Source: an uncultured Gammaproteobacteria bacterium
GTDB lineage: Bacteria > Patescibacteriota > Patescibacteriia > UBA9934 > GWF2-40-263
Assembly (NCBI GenBank): GCA_964538435.1
Contig: CAZIDX010000007.1
Coordinates: forward strand, 4,399 to 68,398
Reading direction: 5' to 3'
Length of the DNA: 64,000 nt
Shown: positions 18,501-27,553 of the stretch, one piece after another
Layout of the letters: each line of letters opens with the position of its first letter
Numbering within the stretch: position 1 is the first letter of the stretch
The notes under the pieces: model-generated
The model's database searches: none
What the model was told of the DNA's origin: nothing
What the model saw: the letters and a program-made list of their open reading frames with translations, nothing else
Made by a program: the position numbers and the translations under genes

Positions 18501-18781
18501 CGAACGTCAGCAAATGATGGGTTGCTGTGTCCGTTGAATTGTTTGGTCAATCGGGTGATTACCTGTCCGGTAACACGATCCGCCAACTGTTTTTCTTTCA
18601 TGCCAGCTGAAACAAGAGCGCTCTTTAGCGAAGCATGAAGCTTTTTACTATCAAAATCTTGTTCGTCACCACTACGTTTACGTATACATTTTACTGAAGT
18701 CATAAACTCCAATACAGCATCTGAAATATTAGCAGTGTCCGTTTTTTTCTCACGAACCTGTTTGGTGGTGGTGTCCGACAT
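15575..18781 (-). CDS. nrdJ: Class II (B12-dependent) ribonucleotide reductase with N-terminal ATP cone
   Basis: FNSPVWFN, CSACFI, ASNPCSEY and APTGTIS; C-terminal TSCPD-like region and CxxC...CxxC ribbon. Confidence 0.95.
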   Translation of the reverse strand: MSDTTTKQVREKKTDTANISDAVLEFMTSVKCIRKRSGDEQDFDSKKLHASLKSALVSAGMKEKQLADRVTGQVITRLTKQFNGHSNPSFADVREVVGLVLIDANLVHVAKRYSQFRNEERVNDKKEQYGKGIDVKRYFTKKDVHPYDEIEWEKRDATIMDHKGNLVFEQKDVEMPKSWSQTATNIVVSKYFYGTIGKEDRETSVKQLVGRVATTISDWGRKGSYFQTKEDAQTFEDELHYILVNQMAAFNSPVWFNVGTPRPQQCSACFINSVEDDMRSILNLCVTEGMLFKGGSGAGSSLSKLRSRHEYLGGSNGKASGPVSFMKGLDAFAGVIKSGGKTRRAAKMVILDVGHPDIDQFITCKVEEEKKAWALMDAGYDGSIDGPAYGSIYFQNANNSVRVNDEFMSAVEKGENWDTKAVTTGETIQTWKAQDLMDLMTDAAWQCGDPGIQYDTTINKWHTCKNTDRIFASNPCSEYMFINDSACNLASLNLMKFRKEENGRMVFDTEAFKKANEIIITAQEIIVGSSVYPTPAIEQNSLDYRPLGIGYANLGALLMSRGLPYDSDEGRNLAAAITSLQSGHCYFQSSKIAEKRGAFAGYKANEEPAMEVMRMHRDESYKIKEEGVPADLLTEARKCWDNTVEHASSHGLRNAQISVLAPTGTISFLMDCDTTGVEPDIALVKYKWLVGGGMLKMVNGTVEEALTRLGYTGSERKEIQDFIEEKDTIEGAPHIKPEHLAVFDCAFKAANGTRTIHYMGHIRMMAAVQPFISGAISKTVNMPHEATKEDIADVYMQGWKMGLKAIAIYRDGSKRQQALTTSKESDAKKQNVEEEKAEIKEAEKQIVQTVKVDSSSKPRRRRLPDERRAVTHKFAVGNHQGYITVGLYNDGTPGEIFITMSKEGSVISGLMDSFATAISIGLQYGVPLEVLVNKFVHMRFEPSGYTNNPQIRIAKSITDYIFRWLAIKFLPQESQVAVGINTAQLSETVAPVADEDVAELVKKDEEEEEQTDEVQTKLFDAKEEKDSKHTQTFDNQSDAPACDTCGSIMVRNAACYKCLNCGATSGCS

Positions 18782-18923
18782 AGGGCGAGTATGTTGGGGA
18801 TCTATTAAGTTGTTATTAGCGAAAGGATCTTAACAAATTTGGCAGAATAAAAGAAGATCCACTTAGGATCATCTCTTCACTCCTGAAAGGGTCCAGATGG
18901 GATGATTCTTCTTCCCCACTGCG

Positions 18924-18974
18924 ACCACTACATGTTGTGGTCCTGTTCTATTGTAGACCACTATATGTAGTGGT
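18924..18974 (-). promoter_or_regulatory. Two NrdR boxes overlapping the nrdJ promoter
   Basis: accactacatgttgtggt (18924-18941) and accactatatgtagtggt (18957-18974). The promoter TTGACA-N18-TACAAT spans the second box. Confidence 0.8.
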
Positions 18975-18986
18975 GTCAAAATGCGG

Positions 18987-18995
18987 TTATCCACA
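18987..18995 (+). promoter_or_regulatory. DnaA box upstream of the nrdJ promoter
   Basis: Perfect TTATCCACA. Confidence 0.5.
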
Positions 18996-19009
18996 TATTT
19001 TGACGACAC

Positions 19010-19588
19010 TTAGAACCCCATGCTCAGATTGATTGATGCCTTTTCTTCAATTTTATCGGAAAAATCAACAGGGATGGGCCTTCGTCCTCCCAATCGATCT
19101 TCGTAGGCCAGTGCGTTGTACTTTTTTCCGTACTCGTAAACGTCCTTTGTCACCTTTACGTCCTGCAGGCAGTAATCTTTAATCTTCTGGATCTCCCCTT
19201 GCTTCCACCACTCTACCGCTTGGAGTCCATGACCTGATTTTCTGTGACCTACAGATGCTGCTGCCACATCATCAAGCTTGAGACGGAATCCAAGAGCCTT
19301 GTGAATTTCTTCGAGAATGTCGAGGTTTGGAAAATCGAGGAAGTTGCCGGCGTAATAATTGTTCATCACAGGAAGATCAAAGCCCTTGCTGTTGTATCCA
19401 ATAATGCGGCCAGATTTTTCAAGTCGCTGGTAGAGTTGGCCTAGCTCATGCTCCTCAAATGCTTCGAAGGTGTCTGTCTCATAAAAATAGACTCCAACAA
19501 CAGAGATTTTAAGCTTGTCTGTGAAATACCCACCGACTTCTTGAAATGTATTCTGGGTCTCAATATCGAGAACCACCTCATTATTCAT
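19010..19588 (-). CDS. RNase H-like (DEDD) exonuclease-domain protein
   Basis: VLDIET, IIGYNSKGFD and YCLQDV. Confidence 0.8.
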   Translation of the reverse strand: MNNEVVLDIETQNTFQEVGGYFTDKLKISVVGVYFYETDTFEAFEEHELGQLYQRLEKSGRIIGYNSKGFDLPVMNNYYAGNFLDFPNLDILEEIHKALGFRLKLDDVAAASVGHRKSGHGLQAVEWWKQGEIQKIKDYCLQDVKVTKDVYEYGKKYNALAYEDRLGGRRPIPVDFSDKIEEKASINLSMGF

Positions 19589-19642
19589 AGGGATCTTGGA
19601 GTGATAACGGCAGTATTATAGCACACCGGACTTTTCCACAAT

Positions 19643-20179
19643 CTAGGTGATCTCGTAGAGGTAAATCGTGGTAAATCCAAGCGTTTGTTGCTCTATCTCT
19701 TTGAGGTCCTTGAACCTGAAATCTCGTGAGATTACGCGTGTTCCTGCTGGATATCTTTTCTTTAGGATGGGGGTCAGACGCTCGTTAAACTCAGGGAATA
19801 GATAGGCAAAGATGACATCTGCGTCTGGGAGGTCAGTCTTGAATATGTTTGCACGCAGGAACGTGGCGTTTTCCAGCTTTGCCCGCCTGGCCCTGAATCT
19901 AGACACCCGAACCAACCAGCCCATCTGCTCAATCCCAACACCGATTGCCCCAAGCTTGGCAGCTTCGAGTACGAGCGAGCCATCACCTGAACCAAGATCC
20001 AGGACACACTGGCCTGGCTGAAGCTCTGCTAGATCCATCATGGCTTTTGAGATTTTTTTGCGAGTTCTTACCCAAGGAACAGAGACAACACCACTTACAA
20101 GCAGGTACCCAGCAAAAATCAAGAGCCCTATTAGAAAGAGCTCTGTGAGAAATATACAAAATAGAATCAGTGTCTTCAT
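19643..20179 (-). CDS. Membrane-anchored SAM-dependent methyltransferase
   Basis: VPWV, VLDLGSGDG and VISRDF; N-terminal TM helix. Confidence 0.85.
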   Translation of the reverse strand: MKTLILFCIFLTELFLIGLLIFAGYLLVSGVVSVPWVRTRKKISKAMMDLAELQPGQCVLDLGSGDGSLVLEAAKLGAIGVGIEQMGWLVRVSRFRARRAKLENATFLRANIFKTDLPDADVIFAYLFPEFNERLTPILKKRYPAGTRVISRDFRFKDLKEIEQQTLGFTTIYLYEIT

Positions 20180-21594
20180 GGTGTAATCTTTGCGCTTGCA
20201 GCAGCTGCTTTCACCCCCTCTGAAAAGGTTGGGAATGCGTGAATCATGCTGGCCAGCTTGTCTACAGTGGCATTTAAGTGAATAGCTAGCGCGATCTCGT
20301 GTATCACCTCACCAGCTCGCTCTCCAACCATGTGACCTCCAAGAACCTTCCGAGTCTTTGGGTGCGCCACAATCTTTATGAGTCCAAAGCGCGTATTCTC
20401 AGTAACTGCGCGCCCGAGTGCACCAACATCATAGCTACCAACCAATGCGCTCTTGAACTTTGTCTCGACCTCTTGCTGCGTTAGGCCAACAGACGCCACT
20501 TCTGGGTCTGTGAACGTAACACGTGGCACAACACGCTCATCAATCTTTTTCGCAGGCTCGCGTTTCTTTTTTGCCAACATCCCAGCATTTAGACCTGCAA
20601 TGTAGCCTTCGTGGTGGGCAGTGTGGGTGAAGCGCATGCCCCCATTTACGTCTCCGGCTGCAAAAATGTGCTTTACATTTGTTCTTTGCTCTTTTGATGC
20701 AACAATGTCTCCGCGCTCGCTTAATTCGACTCCAGACGCGTTGATCTCTAGCCCATCGATGTTTGATTGCTTTCCGGTAGCAAGAATGATCTGCTCAACA
20801 GCAAGGGTCTGCTCCCCATCGACTGACTCAACCCTGAGGCCATATACCCCACCGCGCGCGTCAATGATTTCGTTGGTCTTTGTGTTGACTCTGATGTCAA
20901 CACCGAGTTTTTGCAAACGCTCATGCGCGATCTGTGTGATCTGGACATCCTCTCGGCTCAAAATCGTTGGTGCCGCCTGAAGAAGGGTCACGCGCGTTCC
21001 AAAGCTTGCAAAAAACGTGGCGAGCTCACATCCAACTGGCCCTGCACCGATCACTGCCAATGTCTTTGGCTGCCTTTTTACTTGCACGGCCTTTTTCCAG
21101 GTCCAGTAGGTGCCTTTTTCCAGCCCAGGTATTGATGGGATTCGATCTCTGGCTCCAGTTGCAATCACAACCGTTTTTGCGTAAATATTTTGCCCGTCCA
21201 CTTGAATCATGTGATCATCCAGAAATGTTGCTTGGCCTGTTTTGACGGTTACGCCTAGTTTTTCAAAAATTCGCACATAGCGCTCCCCCACCTTCCCTCC
21301 ACCTGTGATTGCTTCAACAACCTCGTCTCGGTACTGAGTGACTTTTTCAAAATCAAAAGAAAGGTTTCCAAGCTCGATTCCAAGCTCTCGCGCGTGCCTT
21401 GCCTTGTGATACATCTTTGCTGCCCTAAGAAGAGCCTTTGTGGGCACACAGGCATAGTTTGGACACTCACCCCCAAGCTTTTCTTTTTCGATCACACATA
21501 CGCTTGCTCCTGTGCTCACAGCCGCTTCTGCAGCAGAAAATCCTGCAGATCCGCTTCCAATAATCACGACATCAAATGTTGATTGTGCTGACAT
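20176..21594 (-). CDS. Pyridine nucleotide-disulfide oxidoreductase (dihydrolipoamide dehydrogenase/MerA family)
   Basis: GSGSAG, GGECPNYACVP, GAGPVG and HAFPTFSE. Confidence 0.9.
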   Translation of the reverse strand: MSAQSTFDVVIIGSGSAGFSAAEAAVSTGASVCVIEKEKLGGECPNYACVPTKALLRAAKMYHKARHARELGIELGNLSFDFEKVTQYRDEVVEAITGGGKVGERYVRIFEKLGVTVKTGQATFLDDHMIQVDGQNIYAKTVVIATGARDRIPSIPGLEKGTYWTWKKAVQVKRQPKTLAVIGAGPVGCELATFFASFGTRVTLLQAAPTILSREDVQITQIAHERLQKLGVDIRVNTKTNEIIDARGGVYGLRVESVDGEQTLAVEQIILATGKQSNIDGLEINASGVELSERGDIVASKEQRTNVKHIFAAGDVNGGMRFTHTAHHEGYIAGLNAGMLAKKKREPAKKIDERVVPRVTFTDPEVASVGLTQQEVETKFKSALVGSYDVGALGRAVTENTRFGLIKIVAHPKTRKVLGGHMVGERAGEVIHEIALAIHLNATVDKLASMIHAFPTFSEGVKAAAASAKITP

Positions 21595-21597
21595 AGA

Positions 21598-22593
21598 TTA
21601 GTTTTCAAATGCGCCGCGCGCTGCCTCCCAAAGACGTGTGTCTCCGGCCTTTTTTAAGTAATACCACCATTCAGCTCCCCAAAGATAGGTTTCGCTCACA
21701 CCTGTTTTTGCAGCAAACTCAATGTTGGTCTGGAGCATTTCAGCTGTGAACGCGTCGTACCATTCAGCAGGCTGCTTGCTTTCGATGGGTTCTGGGAACC
21801 ATGGCTCAGCCTGGAGCTCTGAGACGATAATGTCGTCTACATATCCGCTTACAGCACCTGATCGGAAGAAGTAATACTCAGGGCTGAGTGGATACACAAA
21901 ATATCCAAAGAGATCGTTCCAGGTCTGCCTGTACAGTGAGAATCCAAGCACATCAGCTGATTGAGCGGCGTCTAGCCATGGTCCAATCTCACCACTCACT
22001 GTCACTTGAATCGGTCTGTCGTCAAGGCGGCGAACAAGATCTACACGATCCTGGAAGTTCTTCATTGAAATATCTGGACACTCACCAAATGGGAAAAAGG
22101 GTTCGTTTTCTACTTGCCAACGCACAATGGCTGGATTGTCTTTGTATCGAAGAACCGCCGCTTGCATAAACGCAAGCAAGGCCTCTTGTCTTTGTGTGTC
22201 ACTCAAAGTCTCTGCCCAGTCTGGAATAAAACACTCTGGCCATCTTGGTACTTTTTCTCCCACAACCATTGTCATACTGACATTATGATCTTCTGAGTAG
22301 TTCATGATCCAGTCGTAGCGAGACCAATCAAACTCCCCATCAACTGGCTCGATATCAGACCAGTACATTGGGAGCCTGACATGACGCACACCCAGATCTT
22401 GAATCAATGCGGCGTACACTGTGCTGTACATGAGGTTTAGCTGGTCTGAGTAGAGGGTTGAGAATGTGATTCCGTATTCTGTTTCTGGAACTGGTCTGTC
22501 ATTGATCCAATTTGAGGCAAAAGAAAAAACCACCGCAGTGGCAATAACAACGGCAACAAGCGCAATCACGTTTGTTGTTTTTGATGTATGCAA
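21598..22593 (-). CDS. Exported glycoside hydrolase (clan GH-A TIM barrel)
   Basis: N-terminal TM helix; VRLPMYWSDIEP, WQVENEP and VSELQAEPW. Confidence 0.75.
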   Translation of the reverse strand: MHTSKTTNVIALVAVVIATAVVFSFASNWINDRPVPETEYGITFSTLYSDQLNLMYSTVYAALIQDLGVRHVRLPMYWSDIEPVDGEFDWSRYDWIMNYSEDHNVSMTMVVGEKVPRWPECFIPDWAETLSDTQRQEALLAFMQAAVLRYKDNPAIVRWQVENEPFFPFGECPDISMKNFQDRVDLVRRLDDRPIQVTVSGEIGPWLDAAQSADVLGFSLYRQTWNDLFGYFVYPLSPEYYFFRSGAVSGYVDDIIVSELQAEPWFPEPIESKQPAEWYDAFTAEMLQTNIEFAAKTGVSETYLWGAEWWYYLKKAGDTRLWEAARGAFEN

Positions 22594-22608
22594 ACCCCCA
22601 GTATTAAT

Positions 22609-24195
22609 CTAAATTTCTTCTCTCTTTTCCCTCAGGAATGCGAGCCAGCTCTCTACAAGGCCGATGGCCGCTTTAAACGGTGCTTCGATAATGAAGTCAA
22701 AGAAGAATAGGAAAATATTTACGCGCGGTGCGCGGATCGCAACCCATCGTCCTGCACGTACGATTGGCAAGAAAATCACATCAACAATGGTTCCAACGAC
22801 ACCTCGTGCTGTGTCAACGATAAGCAGCTCTCTTCGGATGTTTCGGATACGGAGCCCGAAGTAGGCAACAAGACAGAGGAAGAAGATGAAGAAGAAGATG
22901 GACAGCGCGTTGAAGTGCAAAGTCACCAGGAATCCAGCGATTACAGCGATGGTTGCAAGCAGGATAGCAACATAGGCTCCATTGAAGATCCACCAGAGCG
23001 CTCCTCGTCCCCATGGGCGCTTTTGCTTGTATACAAGCCCAAAATCATCTCCAAGCCCCAGAAGCGCATGCACTTCCTCGAGGACTTTTTCTGTGTTTTG
23101 TTTCTTTGGAATACGCACAGAAAGCCCAATCACAGCCAAGAGCAATGGTGGGAATAAGATGTTTACCATCAGCGGCATGTAGTCTGTTGTGTGCAGGACC
23201 AGGGATTCGTATGGGTATTCGACCAGGATAGCAAGGATTGATTTTGTGAACAGCAAGAAGAACGCTGCGCGCACAACTGTTCGGTTGAGCCGCTTCCTGA
23301 GCGAGCCATAACGAGCTTCAGCGGCTTTTGTAATAGCTGTATCAATGGTTGTGGTGTCTCCTGAGTACAATGCACTAGAAAACGCTTCTGGGCTGTCTTT
23401 TACAATGTCTGTGAGCAGATGGAAGACAACGCCGTGACGTCTTACAAATCGGAATACAGCGTCTTGAGACTTGTGATAGATCTGATTTTCAATTGACTCA
23501 ATGACCGTGCCAATATTCATGGCAACTTCTTTTGCAACGGCATCGCCTGATTTTGCTGTGCGCCACTTTGGATAGTAGAGCGTGAGGATGCGATAGCGCA
23601 GCGTGGCCACATTTGACTTGAGCACAGAGCGATGCACCGCAACGTAGAGCTGCAGGTCTCGATCAGCCTCACTGATAACCTTTGTTTGCCAGTCAATGCG
23701 TTTTTTCAGTTCTTGATACGCATAGCTTGCTAGAGCCTCGTCAACGCATGGTGGTCCAAGCACGTACTCGATTTCAACTGAGAGCACATCAAGAAGCCAC
23801 TTGTAGACATACTGCCCCTCTTTGGTCTCCCCCTCGAGTGTTCCAAACATGAGTTTGTACTTCTCGAGAATCTGAGAAACCTTTGCAATTGTGTTTGTTG
23901 GGACTTCTTTGTTTGGAAGATACTTTGCCCAAACAAGCTCTCGGAGAAGTGTCTCTGCTAAGTGGTCTGATGGATCCCCTTCTGAGAGACGACGCTTGAG
24001 AATGCGCTTGATTGCGTTGCGTCTGAGCAAATGCTCTTCATCGTACTCAAGCGTGTTGCGCACGGTCTCATACGCAGAAGCAGCCGCAGAGACAGTGTCT
24101 GAGACGTGAATAGTATCCTCTTCTTTTTTTCCTTCCTCTTCTTCTCGGCGGATCTGGATGATGGTGCCAAGGAGGTGTTCGAGTGCTTTGTCCAT
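22609..24195 (-). CDS. Hypothetical membrane protein
   Basis: 528-aa ORF with C-terminal TM helices, within an operon. Confidence 0.75.
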   Translation of the reverse strand: MDKALEHLLGTIIQIRREEEEGKKEEDTIHVSDTVSAAASAYETVRNTLEYDEEHLLRRNAIKRILKRRLSEGDPSDHLAETLLRELVWAKYLPNKEVPTNTIAKVSQILEKYKLMFGTLEGETKEGQYVYKWLLDVLSVEIEYVLGPPCVDEALASYAYQELKKRIDWQTKVISEADRDLQLYVAVHRSVLKSNVATLRYRILTLYYPKWRTAKSGDAVAKEVAMNIGTVIESIENQIYHKSQDAVFRFVRRHGVVFHLLTDIVKDSPEAFSSALYSGDTTTIDTAITKAAEARYGSLRKRLNRTVVRAAFFLLFTKSILAILVEYPYESLVLHTTDYMPLMVNILFPPLLLAVIGLSVRIPKKQNTEKVLEEVHALLGLGDDFGLVYKQKRPWGRGALWWIFNGAYVAILLATIAVIAGFLVTLHFNALSIFFFIFFLCLVAYFGLRIRNIRRELLIVDTARGVVGTIVDVIFLPIVRAGRWVAIRAPRVNIFLFFFDFIIEAPFKAAIGLVESWLAFLREKREEI

Positions 24196-24201
24196 ACGTT
24201 T

Positions 24202-25551
24202 TTACACAATAAGTGGGAGCCTGTGAATCGTGCTTTTTCGGCCTAAAACAAGGTCTTCAATGCGATATGTTCCGTGAGTTGGCGCTTCAATGTAGCCGTT
24301 CCAGGCCATTCTGGCAACCCCTCCGGAGTGGATCCAATCAAAGAGCCATTCGTCTGTGTAGCGCGGGTCATTTTGTGGGATTCCTCCTCCAACATAGTTG
24401 AGCCATACACGATTAAACTCTTCTTGTGAGCCAATAGGCGGCGCCATAACAACAGCAATACCGAGCCCAGTGAAAAATGAAAGTTCGCTTGGTTTTGTCC
24501 AGAGAATGTCTGTTGTTTTTAGAACTTCGTTGAAATCAGAAAAGTACTCTGCGCGCGAGGCATGCTCTGGGACATTCACCCACTCTCCAAGTTCTTTTTT
24601 GAGCCCGCAATCCTTTACAGCCGCACGGTAGTAGCGCACTGCGTCTTTTCGGTAGCCTGCCATGAGGTTAAGTCTGATCTCGTGCCTTGCAATCTTTGAC
24701 TTGAGACTCTTTAAAATCTTCACACCAAGAGCACGCTGCGCCCCTGCTCCACCAACACTGTAGGTGAGAGTGAGTGGGTGTGTGGATGAGTTTAGTTTGC
24801 AACGAGACGGCCCAAGCTCTTGTTTGAGTGTGGATGTGTATCTTTGCTGGAAGATTCCCTCTGGATCGAGGTTGCAGAGCCGTTCTTTAAGCAGGTCTTT
24901 AAGCACGCTTGCCTTTGCTCCACCAATGAGCTCCTTTGGCATTGGGAAGCCTGTGGCATAGATGTTTTCTGCTGGCACACCATAAAGCTTGAGTCGCTCC
25001 ACCACACGTCCGTTGCTGGCCAGGTACTTGATGCGACTGGTCTTGGGATCAAGCGGTGCCCATGCGCGTGAGATATCAGCATCTGTTGTCACGCACCAGA
25101 TGTCTCCTGGGTAATCGTAGTAATCTGCAAAAAAGGCTGGGATGAAAAAGGTTGTTACGATCGGGAGAGGGTTTTTGGACATCTCTTCGACCATGTGCTT
25201 ACCCAAGCCCTTTTTGATCATTCGAAAAATCTCCTTTACCTGAATGATTGGCTTTGAAAGATCTCTTCGAGGATAAAACTTTGGAATTTGCTGCCAATGA
25301 TCCAGGGCTTCAAACAAAAAGTCTCCGACCACTGGGACCGGTTTCATTCTTGATATTGCCTCATAGATCTTACGACTGTCATTCCAGAGCTTTCTGTCTT
25401 CAGCTGGAATGCCTTTGTAATCGTTTGCTGAGATCACTGTGCCACAAGAGAGATCCTTGAGTGCATAGGCTGCACGCGAGTGCCCGTACCCCATGTTTAC
25501 ATCGATCACCCAGGCTTTTTGGCAATTCTTTGGTTTAAACGGTGACGACAT
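24202..25551 (-). CDS. Hypothetical protein, GT-B glycosyltransferase-like
   Basis: MGYGHSRAA and ILWTKPSE...PIGSQE, resembling the MurG/MGDG synthase fold. Confidence 0.65.
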   Translation of the reverse strand: MSSPFKPKNCQKAWVIDVNMGYGHSRAAYALKDLSCGTVISANDYKGIPAEDRKLWNDSRKIYEAISRMKPVPVVGDFLFEALDHWQQIPKFYPRRDLSKPIIQVKEIFRMIKKGLGKHMVEEMSKNPLPIVTTFFIPAFFADYYDYPGDIWCVTTDADISRAWAPLDPKTSRIKYLASNGRVVERLKLYGVPAENIYATGFPMPKELIGGAKASVLKDLLKERLCNLDPEGIFQQRYTSTLKQELGPSRCKLNSSTHPLTLTYSVGGAGAQRALGVKILKSLKSKIARHEIRLNLMAGYRKDAVRYYRAAVKDCGLKKELGEWVNVPEHASRAEYFSDFNEVLKTTDILWTKPSELSFFTGLGIAVVMAPPIGSQEEFNRVWLNYVGGGIPQNDPRYTDEWLFDWIHSGGVARMAWNGYIEAPTHGTYRIEDLVLGRKSTIHRLPLIV

Positions 25552-25552
25552 A

Positions 25553-26281
25553 CTAGAAGAAGCTTCGTTCAGCCGATGTGTTGATAATGCGCATTGCGTC
25601 TTCTGCTGTGTCTACAACGGAAATAAGTTCGAGATCTTCTGGGTTGATGGTTCCAAATTCTTCAAGCTGAGTTTCTCGGACCCAGTCAAACAACCCGCTC
25701 CAGTAATCTTTGCTTATGCAGATCACTGGAATGTTCTGCATCTTCCCTGTTTGGATAAGCGTCACGATTTCAAACAACTCGTCCATGGTGCCGTATCCGC
25801 CTGGCATGTAGACATAAGCTTGTGCTGATGCTGCCAGAATAACTTTTCGTGTGAAAAAGTAGTGAAATGCTCGGGAGTGTGTGACGTATTTGTTGATGCG
25901 CTGCTCGTTTGGGAGTTGGATGTTGAGCCCGATGGACTTCCCTCCTGCCTCAGCAGCCCCTTTGTTTGCTGCCTCCATCATTCCTGGACCACCACCTGTA
26001 ATAACTGTGTAGCCGTTTTCTGTAAGAAGCCCCCCTAGTTTTACTGCTTCTTTGTACCACTTGTTTCGTGGGCTTGTGCGCGCTGACCCAAAGATGGTCA
26101 CTTCCTTTCTTGAATCTGTTAAAAACTGGAATCCTTCGACGAACTCGGACATGATTCTAAAGATCCTCCATGAAAGTTCGTTGATGTGCATTGGCTCATC
26201 AAGAGCTTCATTTGGTGCTAGTGGAAGACGGCAAATGCTGTCTTTGCATTCTTGTTCTTTTGATGGTTTCTTTTTAGGCAT
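25553..26281 (-). CDS. LOG-family (TIGR00730-like) protein
   Basis: TIFGSAR, TGGGPGMM and PGGYGTMDE. Confidence 0.9.
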   Translation of the reverse strand: MPKKKPSKEQECKDSICRLPLAPNEALDEPMHINELSWRIFRIMSEFVEGFQFLTDSRKEVTIFGSARTSPRNKWYKEAVKLGGLLTENGYTVITGGGPGMMEAANKGAAEAGGKSIGLNIQLPNEQRINKYVTHSRAFHYFFTRKVILAASAQAYVYMPGGYGTMDELFEIVTLIQTGKMQNIPVICISKDYWSGLFDWVRETQLEEFGTINPEDLELISVVDTAEDAMRIINTSAERSFF

Positions 26282-26314
26282 ATTTGTAGTTGATTTCTAA
26301 GGTATTGTAGCACA

Positions 26315-26854
26315 TTAAGGCGTGTAATCGCGCAGGAGTTTTCTACAGGTCTTTGCGCGCGGATAGATGGTCTCAAGAAGTGTCCAGAAGGCCTTTGAAT
26401 GGTTGAAATGCAGTGTGTGACAGAGCTCGTGAGCGATGATGTACTCTGCGAGCTCGCGTGGGAGAAGTGAGAGTTTGTAGTGAAAGCTGAGCCTGTGTTT
26501 GTGTGTGCAGTTTCCCCACTGAGACTTGTATTTGCGTAGGCGGACCTCGTCGACAGTGAATGGCTGGAATCGACGGAACTTGATGATTGACTCTTCAATG
26601 AGAAGTCTCGTTTGTTTTTCAATGGCCGGGCGCGGTACACCGCGGTGAGAAAGTGTTTTTTGAGGATTCTGCCTTTGAGCGCGCTCAAGTTGCTTGTCAA
26701 TCCAGTCTTGCTGCGTGCGCACAAAGTGTCTTATACGAGTGTCAGACAACCTGGCTTGATGTGGAACCACAACCTCCCATCGCCCACCTGGATGGACCAC
26801 AATACTCATGCGTTTTGCACGCTTGCTGATGCGTATGGGGATATCTGTTTGCAT
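26315..26854 (-). CDS. YgjP/M48-like zinc metallohydrolase
   Basis: WGNC and YIIAHELCHTLHFNHSKAFW. Confidence 0.85.
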   Translation of the reverse strand: MQTDIPIRISKRAKRMSIVVHPGGRWEVVVPHQARLSDTRIRHFVRTQQDWIDKQLERAQRQNPQKTLSHRGVPRPAIEKQTRLLIEESIIKFRRFQPFTVDEVRLRKYKSQWGNCTHKHRLSFHYKLSLLPRELAEYIIAHELCHTLHFNHSKAFWTLLETIYPRAKTCRKLLRDYTP

Positions 26855-26883
26855 GGGTGCATTATAGCAAGTTTGTGTATAAG

Positions 26884-26917
26884 AAAACCCGCCGTCGCTC
26901 TGGTGAGCTATGGCGGG
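26884..26917 (-). terminator. Terminator of the GC-rich orphan unit
   Basis: Minus strand cccgcc...ggcgggttttct; same tail as 38760-38790. Confidence 0.55.
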
Positions 26918-26950
26918 CAGGCCCGGTTGGAATGTATCCGTGCGGGGGGT

Positions 26951-27382
26951 CTAGGCGAACGCGATGGCTGCCATGGGGAAGCGCTGGCTGCGCCGGTAGA
27001 GCTGGGCTCGCATGACCTGAGAGCGCAGGCGCTTGCCTGAGACCGGGTCCAGGAAGTTCATCTGGCTGCCGCTGGGCACCTTGCGGGCGACCTCCAGGGC
27101 GATGGTCTCGACGGCCTCGTCGTACTGTTGCGACGGTGTGACGCTCTTCTGCGCCTGTCGGGTCATCTCGTCCCAGCGCGTGAAGTTGGTGCGCGCGGTG
27201 ACGAGAAAGTTGTAGACGAAGAGCAGATCCACAGCGTTCATGCCGCTGGTTTGGATCTCGCGAACGACATCCTGAGCCAGGCTCAGGAACTCGCTTGCGT
27301 CGATGTCTGATCGTTCGTCGTAGCGACGCATCAGGCGCGCGCAGTGCTTGGCGACCGTGGATGTGAGCTGCTGCGGTGTCAC
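26951..27382 (-). CDS. Hypothetical protein (GC-rich orphan unit)
   Basis: GTG 27382 preceded by GGGAGG; promoter TTGACA-N17-TAGTCT at 27455-27427; G/C-biased codons. Confidence 0.65.
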   Translation of the reverse strand: MTPQQLTSTVAKHCARLMRRYDERSDIDASEFLSLAQDVVREIQTSGMNAVDLLFVYNFLVTARTNFTRWDEMTRQAQKSVTPSQQYDEAVETIALEVARKVPSGSQMNFLDPVSGKRLRSQVMRAQLYRRSQRFPMAAIAFA

Positions 27383-27483
27383 GGTTTTCCTCCCAATCGG
27401 CGCAGGGTATCTGCGCACGAGTTTTGAGACTAAAATAAAAACAAGGCGCTGTCAAGGCCTTTTTCTTACCCAGAACAAATCTG

Positions 27484-27537
27484 GGTAGCCGCGGACTTTA
27501 GCCTGCGTTCGGACACAAGCTAAAGCTTGCGGCTACC
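27484..27537. repeat. GTAG-type REP doublet (REPIN-like palindrome)
   Basis: ggtagccgcggactttagc...gctaaagcttgcggctacc. Confidence 0.65.
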
Positions 27538-27553
27538 ACACACAATGAATGGA

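Noticed and set aside
18790-18920. Cobalamin riboswitch in the nrdJ leader
   Set aside because: A hairpin is present but no B12-box consensus was recognised; NrdR boxes account for regulation.
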